Part shown: positions 58,680 to 64,000 of the stretch, piece by piece
Position numbering within the stretch: position 1 is the stretch's first letter
How the letters are laid out: each line of letters begins with the position of its first letter
From: Dictyostelium discoideum
Taxonomy: Eukaryota
Length of the DNA stretch: 64,000 nucleotides
NCBI GenBank assembly: GCA_000004695.1
Contig: CM000151.3
Span: 1 to 64,000, forward strand
Reading direction: 5' to 3'
Position numbers and translations under genes: made by a program
The notes under the pieces: generated by a model
The model's database searches: none
Told to the model about the DNA's origin: nothing
Seen by the model: the letters and a program-made list of their open reading frames with translations, nothing else

Positions 58680-60890
58680 TTAAGCAGTTGCAATAATATT
58701 ACTTATGTATACAGTTGATTGGGTATCACCTTTGATATCTTGAATCCAAATACCATCGACTTTACCAGATACTTTAAAGTCATCAATAAAGGATGCTTTA
58801 ATTTTAGTCCATGAATTTGCTTCGATTGGAGTTCCACCATTAAGATCGGTAATTAATTTGGAACCAACAGATTTACTATTTTTAACAACAGTTATTCTTA
58901 ATAATTGAGCACCACTGCTACCACCATTAATATCAAATTCAATATTATTGTATGTATCAGTATCAATACATTCGAAACATCCTAAAAATACTGCACCATA
59001 TGCTTTTGGTGTAAATGAAATTGAATTGGTTTCTCCAGATTCAACATTTGTTGTATCAGTTAATGAATGCTCACCCCATGACCAATCTTGGAAATCATTT
59101 TTTAATCCACTTTTATAGATTGATAAAGATTCTCCACTTGATGGAGTTTCAGTTGGTGTTACTGTTGGGGTTGGAGTAACAGTTTCAGTTGGAGTCTCGG
59201 TTGGAGTTTCTGTTGGAGTTTCTGTTGGAGTTTCTGTTGGAGTTTCTGTTGGAGTTTCTGTTGGAGTTTCTGTTGGAGTCTCTGTTGGAGTTTCTGTTGG
59301 AGTCTCTGTTGGAGTTTCTGTTGGAGTCTCTGTTGGAGTCTCAGTTGGAGTCTCAGTTGGAGTCTCAGTTGGAGTCTCTGTTGGGGTTTCAGTTACTGTT
59401 GGAGTTGTGGTTGGAACAGAAGTTGAAGATGGATTTACAAGAGAAGCTAATGCACCAACGAAACCAGCATTATAATCAGTTGCAACTTCATTTGAAATAT
59501 AATCAGTTCTATCATCAGTATATTCATCATTTGAACCTGGTCCACCAACTAAAGCACCTTTTAAGAGGTATAAATTATTAACTGGATTATTTATATCATT
59601 AGTTGTAGAATGATGGGCAGCACGATGATGTGGATTAATTGGATAATTTGGACCCATACCAACTACAAATGATTGTTGATTTGGATTATTACCAATTAAA
59701 TAGTCAACTTGTTTTTGAGTGAAATCTGTGCCTTTTTCAGTACCAGCTAAAGAACCAAGGAAAGCGGCAGTGGCAGCATAACGAGCTGGACCCCATTGTC
59801 TGATCCATGCTAAACCACCTGGAGTATAAGTGACACCTCCACCTGGTAACCAATAATTTAACCAACCTTCGAAATCAGTTTTATAAGTACTTGTGGTTGG
59901 AACTAATTTAGATAATAATAAACAACAACCTGGTGCTTTATTATCCCAATCGTGAGAATTACCTTGTGCCATTCCACCAACACCACCTGATGCATAATCT
60001 GCAACGGCTTTTGTTAAATAATCTGAATCTTGAGTTGCTTTATATAACCAAATGCTACCCCAAACTAAATCATCCTTATAGCCAGACCATGAATTATAAA
60101 AAGCTTGAGCATTCGTAATGGAATCTGAATAAACACCACGATAAGTGTACCCGAAATTATGAAGAGTTTTAGCATGTGCTAAGCAAGTTGCAGCGTATGT
60201 TGGGTTTGAAGATTTAAATGCTATTGAAGCTGCAGCTAATGCTGATGCTGCTTCCATTGCAATTTCAGTACCTGGTGCTTCGGTTGTTAACATATAAGTT
60301 GGACGAGCCATTGTCATATCTTCTGGAGGACCCCACCAAGAATGATCAACATTACCATCACCAACTTGGCCTGCAAATTCATTATCGGCAGTATGTGCTG
60401 CAATAAGCCAGTCGGTACCATATTTAATTGTATCGAGGTATAAACTTGTCAAACCACATTGAGCAATATTGGATTCATATTCAATGAATGACCAACCCAA
60501 CATAGTCATAGAATAAGCCATTGGTAAACCAAATTTAACACCATCACCAGCATCAAAATAACCACCACTTAAATTACCATCACCATTGGCATCTTTAGCT
60601 GAATTTGGACTTGCATCATTCAATGCTGAATTACCTCTCCATGGTATATCGTTATCTGGTAAACGACCAGCTCTATTCATTTTATAAAACATTAATGCAT
60701 TTTCAAGTAATGAACAATAATCGGTATCCGCTAATAAAAAAAAAATTAAGAATTAATATTTTGTTTTTTTTTTTGTTTAAGAAATATAATATTTTTTTTT
60801 TTTTTTTTTTTTTTATACTTTACCATTAATTAATTGAGTTGATAATAACCCAAATATTATTAATAATATACAATTTTTCAATATTTTCAT
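58680..60890 (-). CDS. celA: spore-germination endoglucanase, glycoside hydrolase family 9, with Thr-Glu-Thr-Pro linker; join(60890..60824, 60729..58680)
   Basis: Exon 1 signal peptide MKILKNCILLIIFGLLSTQLIN + G|GTAAAG. Exon 2 begins ADTDYCSLLENALMFYKMNRAGRLPDNDIPWRGNSALND..GGYFDAGD (GH9). About 22 tandem TETP repeats sit before a C-terminal domain. The TETP array is the hallmark of D. discoideum celA/270-6. Confidence 0.9.
59165..59395 (-). repeat. 12-bp tandem array (ACTCCAACAGAA)n encoding (TETP)~22 inside celA
   Basis: Direct read; variants GAGACT/GAAACT. Confidence 0.9.
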
Positions 60891-60995
60891 ATTGGTTTTA
60901 ATTTATAAAAATTTAGAAATATTAAAAATTTAGATATAGGAATTTGAAATTTATAGTACATAAAAATAATAAACAAAAGTTTTATTATTTATATA

Positions 60996-61038
<43 letters not shown>

Positions 61039-61869
61039 GAACTTTAAAAGTTAAACTTATACTACAATAAATTGATTATAATAATAGAATTATTATTTTT
61101 GTTATTTTTTGGTGTGTAAGTATGTGGTGAGTTTTTTAAAAAAAAAAATAACGAAATTAATTGCAAAAACAAATTTGGATAATAGATAAAATTATTATTT
61201 TTATTATTATTATTATTTTTTTTTTTTTTTTTTAAAGATCTAATAAATTAGTTTTTTGAAAATGAAAAAAAAAAAAATAAAAAACAATTCCTTTTTATAA
61301 GATTGGAAATCTGGGAAAAAAAAAAAAAAAAAAAAAATTTAATTCAAAATAATTATTAATAAAAAAAAAAAATTAAATTTCGCATTTTTTATTTTATTTT
61401 TTAGGAAAATTGTTTTTAAATTAAAATCTAATATCTTCCAAATGAAATTCTAACGGAAATGTACAACTTGAAATATTTTTTAAATAAAAAAAAATTAAAA
61501 AAAAATTAAAATAAAAAAAAAAGAAATCAGTTATAAAAAAAAAAATTTGAAAATTGATTAGAAAAATGTTAAATTATTATTTTTAAAAATAAAAACCATT
61601 AAAAATCCAAATTGGAACAAATCTTAGTATTTTAACTACCCAAAAATATTAACTTGGCCTCAAAAAAAAATTTTTTTTTATAAACATTTTTTATTTGAAA
61701 AAGTACTTTTTCTTTTTTTTTTATTTTTTTTTATTTTTTTTAATTAATCATGGGTATGTGGTTTTCGAGTATTAAATACAAAAAAATAAATTAAATTAAA
61801 TTAAATTAAATTATGATCAGTTAATAAAAAAATGAAAAACTATAAATTAAAGTATTCATAGTTTTTTTA

Positions 61870-61905
<36 letters not shown>

Positions 61906-62278
61906 AAAAATAATTAAAAAAAAAAAAAAAAAAAAAAAAATAATAAAATAATTAATTATTATAATTGATGGTTTTAAAAATGCAAAAGTTAAATATTTAA
62001 CTTTTGAATTTTTTTTAAATAGTTCTAATAATATAATTTTAATGACCCTTGAAAAAGAAATCATATTATTTGAAAAAAACTATTGAAAATCTCAGAACTA
62101 TAGTTCTTAGTTTTTTAAATTAATTAATTTTTGGTTATAATAATTTTAACACATATGCATTTTGTTTATAATAAAGATTAATAATTAATAATAATTAAAA
62201 AAAAAAATAAAATAAAAAATATTAAAAAAAAAAAATAAAAAACTAAAAAACTAAAAAAAAATAAAAAACTAAAATGAA

Positions 62279-62327
<49 letters not shown>

Positions 62328-62551
62328 AATAAAATAAAAATTAAGAATAAACTTGATAAAGTTGTAAACATGAAAAAATAGATAGAATTTTTATTATTAT
62401 TATTTTTACAATTATTTATTTATTTTTTTTTTTTTTTTTTTAATATTTTTGAAATTAATTTAATTTAATTTTTTAATTTTTTTTTTCATAAAAAAAAATT
62501 TTTTTTTTTAAGTTCGTTAATATATTTTTTTTTTTAAAAAAAAAATTATAA

Positions 62552-63273
62552 ATGAATTATCCACACAATACAGATAATAACGATATTATTTTACTTTTAA
62601 TTGATTGTATAAGTTATAAAGATATTTCAAGACAATCTATTGATAGAATTAAACAATTTGTAGAGAATGAAAATGATTTTAAAAAATTAGTTAACAACTT
62701 AAATATTGGTTTAGATTATATATCACAACAACAACAACCAACAGCAACAACAATAATAACAAATAATGGGGATTTTAAATCACAATTATATTCAATAATG
62801 TCTGATATATTTCAAACAGTTTATATAAAAAATAAAGATATTATTGAATTCAATAACTTTATTTCAATTTGTTTTACTCCATCATTATTAACTTCATTAT
62901 TAACTCCAATTGTAAGTAATGATCATTATTATAATTATTATAATTATTATTATAAAAAAACAAATAAAAAAATATCTTTAAACTAACTTTTTTTATTTTT
63001 TTTTTTTTTTTTTATTAGATTAGTCATAATATAACATCATTTTTACAAATTTTTAAAATTATTTTAAATTGTAAAATTAAACATTTAAATGTATTCACTG
63101 TTGAAAATATAAATGATATTCAATATTTTTATAGATCATTAAAAAATATAGCTACAAGATATCCAAAAATTATAAATAGAAATTCAAACATTTTAGTATG
63201 TATTTATTTATTTATTATTTATTATTTATTATTTATTTATTATTTATTATTTTAATTCTTTTAATTTTTAAAT

Positions 63274-63315
<42 letters not shown>

Positions 63316-64000
63316 AATTAATATCAAGTTTAATTATAGAAATAAATGAAAATTCAATTAAATATTTAATAAAGAATGAAGAATTATTAACAAAACCTAT
63401 ATCAATGTTATTAGTAAAGATAATTATTGATGATTTATCAACATTACCAATTACAATGGAACCAAAACAATATGATGAAATTGTATATCAATATACAAAA
63501 ACTATTCAATTATTTTGGAATAGTAATCAATTAAGTTCTATTCAAGTTTCAATGGAACATATGTTTAAAAAATTAATGATGTCATCATCATCATCATCAT
63601 CATCATCATCGAATAGTAGTAGTAGCAGCAGTAATAATGAAATTATAACACCAAGTATTTCAAACGTTTTAAATCAATCACCAATTGAATTAATACCATT
63701 GTTTATTAATATTATTGATAATGGATCAGTTAGTGATATTGATTTATTGGAAACAATTACAAAGTTAACTCAATGGCCATTAACACCAACCAATTCTAAA
63801 TGGATATTAGAAACATTTAATTCATTAATAAGATCAAAAAAAACAACATTATTAGCATCAATAGTTGTTGAATCTGCTCTATCAGTCATTAAACAAATGT
63901 TTGTACTTCCATTATTATCTTCATCATTTGAAATACTACAAAAGATGTTACTAGGTTATCAACATTCACCAGACACTTTTCATTCAATCATTGATTTATT
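62552..64000 (+). CDS. hypothetical protein, at least 3 exons join(62552..62911, 63019..63195, 63315..>64000); continues beyond window
   Basis: Donors ATT|GTAAGT and TTA|GTATGT, acceptors TTATTAG| and AAAAAAAG|, all phase 0 and continuous with the ORF-track frames. Poly-Ser stretch. No family recognised. Confidence 0.5.

Overview
This 64 kb window is eukaryotic nuclear DNA, almost certainly from Dictyostelium discoideum or a very close dictyostelid. It is about 78% A+T, with long (AAT)n/(CAA)n tracts encoding poly-Asn/poly-Gln, hexamer repeats encoding EN/EK/LH dipeptide runs, and short AT-rich GT..AG introns. Recognisable Dictyostelium genes include the spore-germination cellulase celA (270-6) with its Thr-Glu-Thr-Pro linker, a profilin, atg7, a Mn-SOD and ufd1. 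There are no prokaryotic-type systems (no CRISPR, no operons). Layout: (i) 1-7.1 kb is a tRNA-associated repeat and retroelement cluster next to an assembly gap; (ii) a gene-dense stretch carries about 28 protein-coding genes, most with 1-4 short introns, whose exon joins were worked out by hand; (iii) a roughly 4 kb inverted-duplication and TIR-transposon complex at about 23.9-27.9 kb encloses a fragmented bromodomain+ET (BET-like) gene; (iv) there are two N-gaps (1-100, 13570-13669) and one ambiguous base (52513), each coinciding with an apparent frameshift. The most novel items are a small spliced LysM-like secreted Cys-rich peptide gene missed by the ORF track, the nested inverted-repeat/TIR structure with the disrupted BET gene, an XPG N-domain gene whose nuclease I-domain is missing at an assembly gap, and a three-fold tandem hairpin repeat beside an orphan chromodomain ORF. 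All family assignments come from reading the translated sequence by eye; no database search was possible.
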